Assembly (NCBI GenBank): GCA_951812955.1
Contig: OX638340.1
Coordinates: 896,001 to 960,000 of the forward strand
Source of the DNA: an uncultured Gemmatimonadota bacterium
Lineage (GTDB): Bacteria; JAAXHH01
Length of the DNA stretch: 64,000 nucleotides
Direction: 5' to 3'
Both the position numbers and the translations under genes were made by a program. The stretch's first letter is position 1; each line of letters starts with the position of its first letter. Below are positions 10,199 through 20,443 of the stretch, in pieces. Below the pieces are notes generated by a model that was not told where the DNA came from, did not search any database, and saw only the letters and a program-made list of their open reading frames with translations.

Positions 10199-13100
10199 AT
10201 GACATCTGAACGTTCCATCCTGCAATCCTGCCTGCGCAGCGTCCTTCGCCGCTGGCGTCTCATGTTTGTCTTCCGAGGCGTCTCGGTGCTCGCGATCGCC
10301 GGAGTGATGCTATTCATTTGCGGCGTGGCGGCCCTGCATTTGTTTGACCCCGGAGTATTCGCCCGCATCCTGTTCCTGGCCGGCGCCACGGGAGCCCTCG
10401 GTTGGCTCGCATACCGGTTCCTGCTCGTTCCGCTTCGCCGAACGCCTACGGACCTGCAGGTCGCCCGTTACATCGAAGAACGGCATCCCGCCTTGAACGA
10501 CGCCTTAGTCAGCGCCGTGGAATACGGCCATGGTCATCTTCGAAGACCGCAGAAGGTCCTCATGGACCAACTTATGGCGCACGTCGCCGACTACACCGAG
10601 CAGATCGACTTCAAAAAGATCGTAGACCGGAAGCGCTACTTTACCCTCCAGGCGGCCGCTGTCGGAGCCGCCCTCGTCCTTGCCGGCCTTGTCTTCCTGG
10701 AACCCGGGTTTTTCGGCCGTTCCGCCCTTCGCCTGGTGTCGTGGACCCATGCGGAACCGGCCGTTCCCGGAGGCATCAGGGTAGAGCCCGGCGACACGCG
10801 GGTCAGGCGAGGGGAAAGCCTGGACGTTACCGCCGTACTGGGCAGCGGTCTGACCCCGGACCCGAACCTGTTCGTCCGATTCGGAAATGACGAAAACTGG
10901 TCGACGCTGGATCTATACGAGACGGATGGCGAACGGACCTTCTCGAACCGCATCCACGGCATCAGCGAGGACGCCCTGTATTACGTCGCCGTGACCGGAA
11001 CCCGGTCGAAAGAATTCCACATTGCAGCGATCGATCCGCCCTATGTCGAACGGATCGACGCCCGGTATGTCTTCCCGGCATACACGGAGCTGGCCGCGAA
11101 GGTCGAGGAAGACCGCGGGGACATTACGGCGCCGGTGGACACGCGGGTCGCCCTGCGCATCACTGCGAGCAAGGCGGTGCGTTCCGCCGAGATGCGCTTC
11201 AGCAACGGTCGCGCGTTGGAACTCGCGGTTACCGGGTCAGACCTCGAGGGATCATTCGTCGTGCGAGAGGATCTCTCCTATTCCATACACCTGGTGGACT
11301 CGGACGACTTCGCAAATGACGACCCGGTGGAATACTACGTCCGGGCGCTGCAGGACCGGGCGCCCCGGGTGACCATCCTCGAACCGAAGCGGGATACACG
11401 GGTATCCCCTGTCGATGAGGTGACCATTCGCGCCGAGGCCGTGGATGATTTCGGCCTATCGACCTTCTCTCTCAATTACGCGGTGAACGGCGGCGAGGAA
11501 GTCCTGGTGGACCTGGGTGCGCTGCAGGACGAATCGAGCGGCACGGTCTGGGAAGGGGAACATGTGGTCTACCTGGAGAATCTTTCGGTCCAGCCGGGCG
11601 ATTTCGTCGCCTATTACGCGGAGGCGGGTGATCGCCGGAGCGAGGGCGGCACGTCCGCGACGGACATTTACTTTATCGAAATCACGCCTTTCGATGCGTC
11701 CTACCGGCAGGGCGAGGGCGGAAGCGGTGGCGGAGGAGGAGGTGCCGGGAACGACGTGATGCAGACGAGACAGCTTTCTCGCAAGCAGAAGGAGATCATC
11801 TCGGCCACGTGGCGCGTAAAGAGAACGCTCGCGTCAGTCCCCGGGACGGAGGTAGCGGAAGACCTCGAAGCGATCGCCGAGGTCCAGGACGCACTTAGGA
11901 GCCAGGCGGATGAAGCGCTCGCGTTCATGCGGTTCACGGTCGGGATTTCGAGCGAGTCCATGGAAATGGTCGAAATGCTGGAGCTGGCGCTGGAACCGAT
12001 GTCGGCCGCCTCCGAAGCACTGCGGTCCGGTTCGGTCGACGATGCCCTGGTCCACGAGCGTTTAGCGCTTATGTACCTCACGAGGCTCGATGCGCTGATG
12101 CGGGATTTTACTGTGAACAGGGCACGCGGCATGGCGGGCAGGGCTCCGCTGGACTTCTCCGACACCTCCGAACTCGAGCTGGAGGATGAAAGGAACAGGT
12201 ACGAGGTACCCGATCAGCCGGCCCTGGATCGCCAGAGGGAGCGGAGCATCGAAGAGCACCATCAACGTGTCCAGGACCTGGCCCGGCGCCAACAACAACT
12301 GAATAACCAGCTCCGGGAGCTGACGGAGGTGGAAGATCGCCAGGAAGCCGAACGCCGCAGGGAATTGGACCGCCTGACCAGGACGCAGCGTGAGCTCAGG
12401 GAAGAGACGGAGGAAATCGCGCGATCGCTCTCCGGGAACCGGACCGATCCGGCCAATCGGGACCCGCGATCGGGCTCCCCCGGTCCCATGCTGGAGCAAG
12501 CGAACCAGGATCTGCGTGACAGTTCCGAGTCGATGGGCGAAACGATCGAGCAACTGCGCAGGAACCAGCTGCGGCCAGCAGCGGAAGACGGCGCTCAGAC
12601 CGCACAGCATCTGGCCGACGCGTCCAGACAACTGAAGCGTGCGCAGGGGGAGTCGCTGGAGCGGCTGGCGAGGGAAGCGGCTAGACAGGCGGATCAGCTG
12701 GCTGTCCGGCAGGAACAACTCGAACGGAACGTCAACGCGTTGAAAGAGGAGAAGGATAACGGCTTCGAGGGCATCATCAACCGTTTGGACGCGATCGAAT
12801 CGCGGCGCGGCGGCCTGGACCTGGAGTCGGATACGCGGCGCCTGGACCGGTTTGTGCGCGAACGGTTGAGGGGGGTCGAAGCGGCAAAGGACGAAATCCG
12901 TTCCGATCTCGAACGGCTAGAGAGCGACCTGGACCACCTCGCCCGGAGTTCGTCCCGTGCGCAGGCCGGGACGGCGGCAGCCGCGGATCGGGCCAGCGAG
13001 ATGATCGATGACGAGCGGTTGAAAGAACAGATCGAGCAATCGAAGCGCCTTTTGAGACGGGACACCCTGGACCAGTCCGCCCTCAGGGAGTCGGAAATCT

Positions 13101-13624
13101 CCGAAGCAATGGACCGGCTGGCGGAACAGGTCCGTACCGCGCGGGACAAGCTGATTACCCGGGACATGGATCATCTGTCCCGTACGCAGGAAAGCGCTCG
13201 GGATGCCATGTCCGAATGGCAGAACCTCCAACGGCAGCTATTCAGATTGAACCGCGGCATTCCCAATTCCGAGACCCTGGACCAGATTTCCCGGGATTAC
13301 CAGCGTCAGTTGCAGCGTCTGCGGGATCTTTCGGGTCAGGTTCCGCAGATGTCCGGAGAAACGCGGCAGTTGCAGAACGACCTGGACCGAGCGCTCGCCC
13401 TCGGCAATGAACCGTGGAAGATCGACCGGGGCCAATGGAACGAACTCCATCTCAACCTGGCCCGCAGTCTCGGTGATTTCTACGACGGGCTGCGCGCGGA
13501 GGTACGGGATATGCGCCGCAAGGAGCGTCTCTACCTGGCCAGGGAAGAGGATGTACCCCCGGGATACAGGGACCTCGTGAATGACTATTTCGAGAAGCTC
13601 TCAAAAAACGGGGACAGCAACTGA
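10199..13624 (+). CDS. large (1141 aa) membrane-anchored protein with a long C-terminal coiled-coil/charged region; possibly DUF4175-like companion of the MoxR/DUF58/BatA operon
   Basis: Two predicted N-terminal TM helices, then a globular region, a Gly run (GEGGSGGGGGGAGND), and about 500 aa of heptad-like Q/R/E/L-rich sequence. The start lies 4 bp after the BatA-like stop. The family assignment is an inference. Confidence 0.6.
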   Translation: MTSERSILQSCLRSVLRRWRLMFVFRGVSVLAIAGVMLFICGVAALHLFDPGVFARILFLAGATGALGWLAYRFLLVPLRRTPTDLQVARYIEERHPALNDALVSAVEYGHGHLRRPQKVLMDQLMAHVADYTEQIDFKKIVDRKRYFTLQAAAVGAALVLAGLVFLEPGFFGRSALRLVSWTHAEPAVPGGIRVEPGDTRVRRGESLDVTAVLGSGLTPDPNLFVRFGNDENWSTLDLYETDGERTFSNRIHGISEDALYYVAVTGTRSKEFHIAAIDPPYVERIDARYVFPAYTELAAKVEEDRGDITAPVDTRVALRITASKAVRSAEMRFSNGRALELAVTGSDLEGSFVVREDLSYSIHLVDSDDFANDDPVEYYVRALQDRAPRVTILEPKRDTRVSPVDEVTIRAEAVDDFGLSTFSLNYAVNGGEEVLVDLGALQDESSGTVWEGEHVVYLENLSVQPGDFVAYYAEAGDRRSEGGTSATDIYFIEITPFDASYRQGEGGSGGGGGGAGNDVMQTRQLSRKQKEIISATWRVKRTLASVPGTEVAEDLEAIAEVQDALRSQADEALAFMRFTVGISSESMEMVEMLELALEPMSAASEALRSGSVDDALVHERLALMYLTRLDALMRDFTVNRARGMAGRAPLDFSDTSELELEDERNRYEVPDQPALDRQRERSIEEHHQRVQDLARRQQQLNNQLRELTEVEDRQEAERRRELDRLTRTQRELREETEEIARSLSGNRTDPANRDPRSGSPGPMLEQANQDLRDSSESMGETIEQLRRNQLRPAAEDGAQTAQHLADASRQLKRAQGESLERLAREAARQADQLAVRQEQLERNVNALKEEKDNGFEGIINRLDAIESRRGGLDLESDTRRLDRFVRERLRGVEAAKDEIRSDLERLESDLDHLARSSSRAQAGTAAAADRASEMIDDERLKEQIEQSKRLLRRDTLDQSALRESEISEAMDRLAEQVRTARDKLITRDMDHLSRTQESARDAMSEWQNLQRQLFRLNRGIPNSETLDQISRDYQRQLQRLRDLSGQVPQMSGETRQLQNDLDRALALGNEPWKIDRGQWNELHLNLARSLGDFYDGLRAEVRDMRRKERLYLAREEDVPPGYRDLVNDYFEKLSKNGDSN

Positions 13625-13675
13625 AGGCATCGGCCGGCGGTCCCTTAAGACCGCGGCCGCCTGTATCTCCACACC

Positions 13676-14656
13676 ATGCCCACCGCATTGATCAGCCATC
13701 CCGATCTCCTGCTGCACGACACAGGCTCCTTCCATCCCGAACGGCCGGAGCGCATTACGTCCGTTCTTTCCCACCTCGGCGTGTCCGGCGACGAATCCAG
13801 CAACGAATCCGGCGACGAATCCCCCGGCACGAACCGGACCGGCCTGGTGCGCCTGTCGCCGTCCGCAGCCGATGAAGCCCGGATCAAGGCCGTCCACGAT
13901 GCGTCGTATGTCGACGCGGTAGCGGCGTGGTGCGCGGAAGGGTACCGGATTCTGCCCACCGGGGACACGACCCTTTCTTCCGCATCCGAGACCGTGGCCC
14001 GAATGGCTGCCGGCGCGGCAATACGAGCCGTCGACGCGGTACTGTCCAGGGAAGCGGACCGGGCATTCTGTGCCATCCGTCCTCCCGGGCATCATGCCGA
14101 ATCCGACCGGGGGATGGGCTTCTGCATCTACAACAACGCCGCCGTCGCGGCCCGTTACGCCCAGTCCCGCTTCGGGGTGGAACGGGTGGTCATCCTGGAC
14201 TGGGATGTCCACCACGGTAACGGGACCCAGGAGATTTTCGAGGACGACCCGTCCGTGTACTATATCAGCGTTCACCAGTCACCGCTCTATCCCTTTACCG
14301 GTGCTATGTGGGAAAAGGGCAGGGGAGAAGGGACGGGGTACACGATGAACGTCCCGGTTGCCGCGGGGTCCGGCGACGCGGTTTTCGTCGACGTGCTGCG
14401 CGGGCAGGTCATCCCGGCCATGAAGTCCTACCAACCGGATCTCCTCATTCTATCGGCGGGATTCGACGCCCACGTGGACGACCCGCTGTCCGGTACCCTG
14501 GTCACCGACGCGGGATTCCAGACCATGTCGCGCATCCTGATGGACTTCGTGGACGACGCCTGCGGGGGCCGCCTCGTATCCCTGCTGGAGGGCGGTTATG
14601 ATCTTGAAGTCCTGGGCCGGTGCGTCGCGGACCACGTAGGCATGATGGCGTCCTGA
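13676..14656 (+). CDS. histone deacetylase-family (acetoin utilization AcuC/HDAC-like) amidohydrolase
   Basis: 326 aa with HDAC-family motifs (RPPGHHAE, DWDVHHGNGTQ, EGGY). Confidence 0.8.
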   Translation: MPTALISHPDLLLHDTGSFHPERPERITSVLSHLGVSGDESSNESGDESPGTNRTGLVRLSPSAADEARIKAVHDASYVDAVAAWCAEGYRILPTGDTTLSSASETVARMAAGAAIRAVDAVLSREADRAFCAIRPPGHHAESDRGMGFCIYNNAAVAARYAQSRFGVERVVILDWDVHHGNGTQEIFEDDPSVYYISVHQSPLYPFTGAMWEKGRGEGTGYTMNVPVAAGSGDAVFVDVLRGQVIPAMKSYQPDLLILSAGFDAHVDDPLSGTLVTDAGFQTMSRILMDFVDDACGGRLVSLLEGGYDLEVLGRCVADHVGMMAS

Positions 14657-14726
14657 CACCCACTGTTAAACACGATGCCAGGCTGCATTTCCCGGAAAGT
14701 AGCGCACAACCTGTGACCATCTGCCA

Positions 14727-16152
14727 ATGAGACGAGAAGACTACCTGCAATGGGCCGAACGCGCGGCCCAATGGGGCGCCAGTTACCTGGCTACGCTCGA
14801 AGACCGTCCCGTCCGGGCGCAGACCGAACCGGGCGAAATCGCCGCGATGCTGCCGGTTATGCCACCGGAAGAGCCGGTGGACATGGAGACGATCTTCGAC
14901 GATTTCGAGCGCATCGTGCCGGACGGTATGACCCACTGGCAACACCGCCGTTTTTTCGCGTACTTCAGCGCCAACGCCGCGCCGGCTTCGATGATCGCCG
15001 AACACTTGACGGCCGTCATGGCGGCCCAATGCATGCTCTGGCAGACCTCGCCCGCGGCTACGGAGATCGAGACCCGCATGGTCGACTGGATGCGACAGGC
15101 ACTCGGTCTGCCGGAGGGGTTTCGCGGGGTTATCCAGGAGTCGGGCACCTCGGCGAATATCTGCGCCGTACTGACCATGCGAGAGCGCGCACTCGACTGG
15201 CGTGGGAACGACACCGGATTGGCGGGAGAGCATCAGCTCCGAATCTACGCCTCGCCGGAGGGCCATTCGTCGATCGACAAGGCGATCCGGATCACCGGTA
15301 TCGGCCAACAGCATCTCGTCAAAATCCCGACAGATGGTTCCTGGGCACTCGACCCTGATGCCCTTGGCCGTTCAATCGAAGCGGACCTCGCGGCGGGCTT
15401 CCGGCCGGCCGGTGTCATCCTCTGCGTCGGAGGCACGTCGATCGGCGCCTCTGACCACGTGCGCAAGACAATCGAAGTATCACGGGCATACGGGGCTCTA
15501 CGTCCATGTGGATGCGGCGTGGGCCGGTTCCGCGATGATCTGTCCCGAACTGCGGGCATTGTGGACGGGCGTCGAAGGCGCAGACAGCATCGTCTTCAAT
15601 CCGCACAAGTGGCTTGGCGCACAGTTCGACTGCTCGATCCAGTTTCTTGCAGACCCCGAACCGCAGGTACATACGCTGGGAATCCGACCGGATTATCTCG
15701 AAACCCTGGACCAGCGCGATATAACCAATTACAGCGAATGGACGATCCCTCTGGGGCGGCGCTTCCGCGCCCTGAAGCTATGGTTTCTGCTCCGTGCCCA
15801 CGGTCTGGAGGACCTCCGCAACCGTATCCGGAACCATATCGCCTGGGCAGGGGAGGCCGCGGACGCTATCGCATCGCTGGACGGATTTCGCCTGGCGACG
15901 GAACGCCATTTGGCACTCTTCACGTTCCAGTATGCTCCTGATGGTGTGCATGCCGACGACGCCACCGAACGCCTGCTTCGCGCCGTCAACGATGACGGTC
16001 GGATCTATTTGACGCACACAGTTCACGAGGGACGGTTCGTCATCCGCTTCCAGATCGGACAGTTCGATTGCCGGCGGGAGGACGTGCTCTTCGCAGTCGA
16101 GGTGCTGCGTGAGCTGGCCACTAAAGTAAACGTGAGCTGGCCACCAAATTGA
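14727..16152 (+). pseudogene. group II PLP-dependent decarboxylase (aromatic-L-amino-acid/tyrosine decarboxylase-like), disrupted by a +1 frameshift in a G4 run at 15492-15495
   Basis: Two overlapping ORFs (14727..15941 in frame 0, 15202..16152 in frame +1) together give a full-length decarboxylase of about 474 aa. Deleting one G from GGGG at 15492-15495 restores ...EVSRAYGLYVHVDAAWAGS..., including the PLP region (NPHKW). Confidence 0.7.
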
Positions 16153-16241
16153 AAATGTAATGGCGCGTCTGCGTGACCGGGGATCGGTGTATACCGGATC
16201 GGCACAAGTCCACACAACGCTACATCAAAGGAGATCAGGCC

Positions 16242-17195
16242 GTGCAGTACAGAATTCTGGGCCGGACCGGCTTAAGCGTTTCCGAAGTTTCCCTCGGAAC
16301 AGTAGAACTGGGTATGGAGTACGGGCTGAAGGAAGACGGCGAATCCAGCGTACCAGCGGAGACCGTTGCCAGGAACCTGCTGAACCGGGCAATCGATTCG
16401 GGCGTGAACTTCATCGACACCGCGGCCCAGTACGGCAACAGCGAGGAGATCATCGGCCGGGCGCTCAAAGACCGACGGTCCGAATACGTGCTCGCCACCA
16501 AGTGCATGCACCGGCTCGATGAAGGACTCGATTACCCCGGATCGAGACGGAGCATCTCCGAGTCGATAGACCAGAGCCTGTCCAGGCTCCAGACGGGCCA
16601 CATCGACCTGCTCCAGATACATGGCCGGGACAGCATTGAGCTGGAACAGCGGATGATCAGGGACGGCGAGGTGATGGATGAGCTCGAGAAGGCCCGAAAG
16701 GCGGGCAAGGTGCGCTACTTAGGTTATTCGTCCTACAGCAAAGAGGCCGCGCTGGCAGCCATCGAGGACGGCCGGTGGGACACGCTTCAGATCGCGTGCA
16801 ACATCCTGGACCGGCGTAACCTGAAACGCGTCATTCCCGAGGCACGCAGGCGCGGCGTGGGGGTCATCGTGCGATCCGCACTGCTGAAAGGCGCCTTGAC
16901 CGAGAAAATCAGGTTCATGCCGGAAAAGCTGAAGCCCCTCAGCGAGCACATCGACCGGCTGGTCGAAATCCAGTCAGCGACCCCTTACAGTCTGCCTGAA
17001 CTGGCCCTTCGCTTCGTGCTTTCCATCCCGGACATCTCCACCATCATCGTGGGCGTCGACAGGATGAAATACCTGGAAGAAGCCGTTTCCACGTCGGATG
17101 GCCTGGGGCTGAGCGTGGAGTTGCGCTTGAAGCTGGACGACATGTCGCTGGACGACCCGTTCCTGCTCAATCCAGGCAACTGGGGCATTCCCTGA
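16242..17195 (+). CDS. aldo/keto reductase
   Basis: Translation from GTG at 16242 (VQYRILGRTGLSVSEVSLGT...) with RBS AAGGAG at 16228-16233. The ORF-track ATG start at 16173 is probably an over-extension. Confidence 0.8.
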   Translation: MQYRILGRTGLSVSEVSLGTVELGMEYGLKEDGESSVPAETVARNLLNRAIDSGVNFIDTAAQYGNSEEIIGRALKDRRSEYVLATKCMHRLDEGLDYPGSRRSISESIDQSLSRLQTGHIDLLQIHGRDSIELEQRMIRDGEVMDELEKARKAGKVRYLGYSSYSKEAALAAIEDGRWDTLQIACNILDRRNLKRVIPEARRRGVGVIVRSALLKGALTEKIRFMPEKLKPLSEHIDRLVEIQSATPYSLPELALRFVLSIPDISTIIVGVDRMKYLEEAVSTSDGLGLSVELRLKLDDMSLDDPFLLNPGNWGIP

Positions 17196-17233
17196 AAGCC
17201 GCCTCGCGGCCAGTACCGCCGAAAGCCCTGGAT

Positions 17234-17851
17234 TCAATCCATTTTGCGGTACACCCCGACCACCTTCCCCACGATGGACACCTCATCGGCAATTATGGGT
17301 TCCATGGTCGGATGGGCGGGCACGAGCTCGAAGCGGTTGTTGCGGCGATAGAATCTCTTGACCGTGGCCTCGTCGTCCAGCATCGCGACGACCGTTTCAC
17401 CCGTCTCGGCCACGGGCTGCTCGCGGACCAGGACGTAATCGCCGTCCATGATGCCGTCTTGAATCATGCTGTCCCCATGTACCTCCAGGGCAAATACATT
17501 GCCGTCCTGCTTCACCATGCCGACTGGAAAAGTCATGTACTCTTCGATGTTCTCTTCGGCAAGAATCGGCAGTCCCGCGGCTACGCGGCCGAGGAGGGGA
17601 ACCCGAACTACGTCTTCTGCGCCCGGTGCCCCGGTATCCCTTGAACCCACGATTTCTATCGCACGGGGCTTCATGGGGTCGCGCCGGATATGGCCTTTTT
17701 TCTCGATCGCCCGAAGGTGATCGTACGCCGCGCGGGTACTAATTCCGAAATGCTGTGCGATCTCCCTGACACTGGGTGGATACCCTATCCGGCCGACATT
17801 TTTGCGTATATACTCGTATACGTTCTGCTGCTTGGCCGTTAGCGCTTTCAT
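17234..17851 (-). CDS. lexA: LexA repressor (SOS regulator, S24 peptidase)
   Basis: 205 aa from MKALTAKQQNVYEYI... with an N-terminal wHTH, cleavage-site region and C-terminal S24 Ser/Lys dyad region (GDSM...KRF). The ORF-track N-terminus (246 aa) is over-extended. AGGAG lies 10 nt upstream of the ATG at 17851. Confidence 0.85.
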   Translation of the reverse strand: MKALTAKQQNVYEYIRKNVGRIGYPPSVREIAQHFGISTRAAYDHLRAIEKKGHIRRDPMKPRAIEIVGSRDTGAPGAEDVVRVPLLGRVAAGLPILAEENIEEYMTFPVGMVKQDGNVFALEVHGDSMIQDGIMDGDYVLVREQPVAETGETVVAMLDDEATVKRFYRRNNRFELVPAHPTMEPIIADEVSIVGKVVGVYRKMD

Positions 17852-17912
17852 GAGGATGAACTCCTGAGCTTCAAGCAGACGATATTGCGCTCCTGAGGGA
17901 ATATGACCGAGA

Positions 17913-17941
17913 AATATACACAACATACGGTTAGTCGTCAA
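17913..17941 (-). promoter_or_regulatory. putative sigma70-type promoter of lexA (minus strand: TAATCGCTTGACG, 17 bp, TATATT)
   Basis: Reverse complement of 17913-17948 reads TAATCGCTTGACG-N17-TATATT. About 55 nt upstream of the lexA start. Confidence 0.35.
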
Positions 17942-18086
17942 GCGATTATTTTCGATTCCGTCACCGGTCCGCATTGATCACGCGATTGGATTTATGCTCA
18001 GGCCGGCGCTAAAAATCCATGTGCATGGACCGGCGGCGGGCTTATATTGAGTCGACCCTTAAGAGCCAGGAAAACAGGAGACCGCC

Positions 18087-18434
18087 ATGCCCGTCAACGA
18101 GATGATCCATACCATGCTGGAGGAATTGCGGCAGATCGCCGACACGGAGGTTCACGTGGGCAAACCCCTACATATCGGGGATTCCTATGTGGTTCCGGTT
18201 TCCAGGCTGTCCCTGGGGTTCGGTGCCGGGGGGTTTGGCGGCGAGGCCGATCAGAAGAGGGGGGCGGGGGGCGGTGTATCGGTCGAACCGGTCGCGTTTC
18301 TGGTCATCCAACAGGATCGCGCGCAACTGCTGCATATGAATTCGCCCAGCAGTCCCATGGGCAAGCTGCTGGATATCATGCCGGACGTCATCGAGGAACT
18401 GAAGAAGTATACCAGAAAAGACGGCGATCAGTAG
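18087..18434 (+). CDS. YtfJ/GerW-family small protein
   Basis: 115 aa with the characteristic glycine-rich core (GFGAGGFGGE...GAGGGVSVEPVAFLVI). GGAG-type RBS upstream. Transcribed divergently from lexA. Confidence 0.55.
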   Translation: MPVNEMIHTMLEELRQIADTEVHVGKPLHIGDSYVVPVSRLSLGFGAGGFGGEADQKRGAGGGVSVEPVAFLVIQQDRAQLLHMNSPSSPMGKLLDIMPDVIEELKKYTRKDGDQ

Positions 18435-20422
18435 ACCAGAGGCGCTACGGTCTTCGAAATCAGCGCGACGGCTACCGTGGCCATGCCGACCAATCCCGTG
18501 CCACAGGCATATCCGGCCGCGAGCACGGGCGTGTACCGCATCCATCTTTGCCTGCCGAACTTCCTTTCCATGTAGAACCTGCCCAGCAGTGCGCCGAAAA
18601 ACTGGGGAATGAAGGCGTGGGGCACCGTTCCCACGCTGGCGATCATACCGAAAATAAGCATGACAGGTAGATTGAAGGCTGCCAGGACGGCGTAGGCCAA
18701 TACGCCGAAAGCTGCGCCGCCTATCATGTAGGGGATTTTCAGCGCTTCGATCAGGTAGCTGGACTCGAATCCCGACCCGGCCGTGCTGGAATACCACAGC
18801 GCCTGCATCGTGGCCTGCTGCTGCCAGAACTTCTGCGCGTAGGGATAGGCCTGAGACGGAATAGGCGCGAGCCCCCAGACGAAGTGCCAGAACAGGAGAC
18901 TGCAGACCAGCAAAACGGGGATCATGACCAGCTCGGCCTTCAGCACGCTCGTGAACCGTGTTCCGGTGAGCTCGACTTCTCTAAAGGCCTGGGCCTGCCC
19001 CCCGTAGTTGAAAATCGGAATGGGCGCGAACCAGATGTCCACCCCCTTGTAGCCGCTGAGGATAAACGTGGCTTCCTTAATGAGGGGGAACTGCAGGTCG
19101 GCGCCCGTGATCGCGCGCAGGCGGGCGCTCGCGTACGAACTGATTGGCGTGTAAACGAACCCGTAGAACACGAAAAAGAGGATGGGGAACCCGGGCACCA
19201 GGCGCCAGCTCAGTACGACGTACCCAACTGTCAGAAGCAGAAAAGCGCCTAGAATCAGGGAGAAGGGAAAATCCCCCCTGCCGGTCGGCGTGGCGTTCCC
19301 GCTTGCAGATCCGCCCTTCGACTCTTCGCGCCCTTTTCCGCTCTTCCTTTTCCTGAGCCCGGCCAAAATGCTCCACCCGCCGATCAGCGCGACGGCTAAG
19401 CCCGTGCCGATGCGTACGCTCATCCAGAAATCGATATCGTTGACCAGCGTGGTCTGGATGGCGTCCATGCCCGGCGACCACGTACGCAGTATATTCAGAT
19501 CGTAGAGCAGCGGGTTGAGGACCACGGTAAGCAAAGCCCCGATGGCGGAACCGACCACGATCCAGAATGGCAGGACAAACCCCGTCAGCACTGGTCCCAG
19601 TCCCAGCTCGACCGCCATGGCCGCGGCCGGCAGAATGTTCTCGGTATTGCGCGTCAGGTCTGCAAAGGGAATGGGAATCAGTGTGATCGGTTCGGCCAGC
19701 AGCGCGCCCGTGACTGCCGGTATGCCGATATAGAACGCCCCGAATACGAGTCCCAGCATGGCCCCGATGCTGAATGCGCGCCAGCGCCATGATTCCTGTC
19801 CCGCCGAACTCTCCGCCAGGGCCGTGGCGCCTTCCGCCTGGATAGGAGCCAGGGGAAAGGGAAGGCGTTCCACGTCGGCCGTAACGCGGAATAATCCGTA
19901 ACCCAGCGTAAAGGCGCTCGCCCGGTTGAAGATGTGGAGCACGGCGACGAGCAGTATCGGCACGAGCCATTCCCCGTGCAGCAGCGTGCGGAGCACGATG
20001 GCTTCGGAGTCTCCACCGGGAGAGATCCACGAGGGAATCTGTTCGTCGATGCCGAAAGCCCGGGCTCCGGGGGACTGGACGAAGTACTGGTACCAGATCA
20101 GCTGGGCAAAGGGGCCCCCTGAAAGGGCCAGGCCCACGCCGGCGGTGAGGCTGGCCGCCACGTAGTACAGCATGTAAATTTCCTGGCGGCTGAGCTTGGT
20201 GAAGGACCGGCGCGCGACCTCGATAAACAGGATGATCGTGGTCCACTCCGCCGCGGGCCCCAGGCTCTGTCCGGCGATCAGGTTCAGGTAGATCGAACCG
20301 GGGATCATGAACAGCCCGAGAAAGACGATCCCAATGACCGTCTTTACGTTGAATCCTTCCTCGTAGACCTGGGGATGGTCGGAAAAGGCGGAGGTTGGCA
20401 GGTCGTCCTTAACTAGGGTCAT
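18428..20422 (-). CDS. polytopic membrane transporter, probably OPT (oligopeptide transporter) superfamily
   Basis: 664 aa and highly hydrophobic with about 15 or more predicted TM segments. The N-terminal region resembles OPT-family architecture. The call is by resemblance only. Confidence 0.45.
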   Translation of the reverse strand: MTLVKDDLPTSAFSDHPQVYEEGFNVKTVIGIVFLGLFMIPGSIYLNLIAGQSLGPAAEWTTIILFIEVARRSFTKLSRQEIYMLYYVAASLTAGVGLALSGGPFAQLIWYQYFVQSPGARAFGIDEQIPSWISPGGDSEAIVLRTLLHGEWLVPILLVAVLHIFNRASAFTLGYGLFRVTADVERLPFPLAPIQAEGATALAESSAGQESWRWRAFSIGAMLGLVFGAFYIGIPAVTGALLAEPITLIPIPFADLTRNTENILPAAAMAVELGLGPVLTGFVLPFWIVVGSAIGALLTVVLNPLLYDLNILRTWSPGMDAIQTTLVNDIDFWMSVRIGTGLAVALIGGWSILAGLRKRKSGKGREESKGGSASGNATPTGRGDFPFSLILGAFLLLTVGYVVLSWRLVPGFPILFFVFYGFVYTPISSYASARLRAITGADLQFPLIKEATFILSGYKGVDIWFAPIPIFNYGGQAQAFREVELTGTRFTSVLKAELVMIPVLLVCSLLFWHFVWGLAPIPSQAYPYAQKFWQQQATMQALWYSSTAGSGFESSYLIEALKIPYMIGGAAFGVLAYAVLAAFNLPVMLIFGMIASVGTVPHAFIPQFFGALLGRFYMERKFGRQRWMRYTPVLAAGYACGTGLVGMATVAVALISKTVAPLVY

Positions 20423-20443
20423 GCCCTGGTTCTTTCGGAGGCG

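Noticed and set aside
17198-17210. GCCGC-ctc-GCGGC hairpin between convergent AKR and lexA genes as a terminator
   Set aside because: Only a 5-bp stem with a 3-nt loop and no U-tract. Too weak to call.
19077-20246. 389-aa minus-strand ORF (and other long ORFs 8066..8980, 14502..15314, 60645..62039)
   Set aside because: Alternative-frame or antisense ORFs inside well-supported genes (OPT-like transporter, BatA-like, decarboxylase, pntB). Extreme Arg/Gly/Pro/His content indicates GC-driven stop-codon depletion, not coding.
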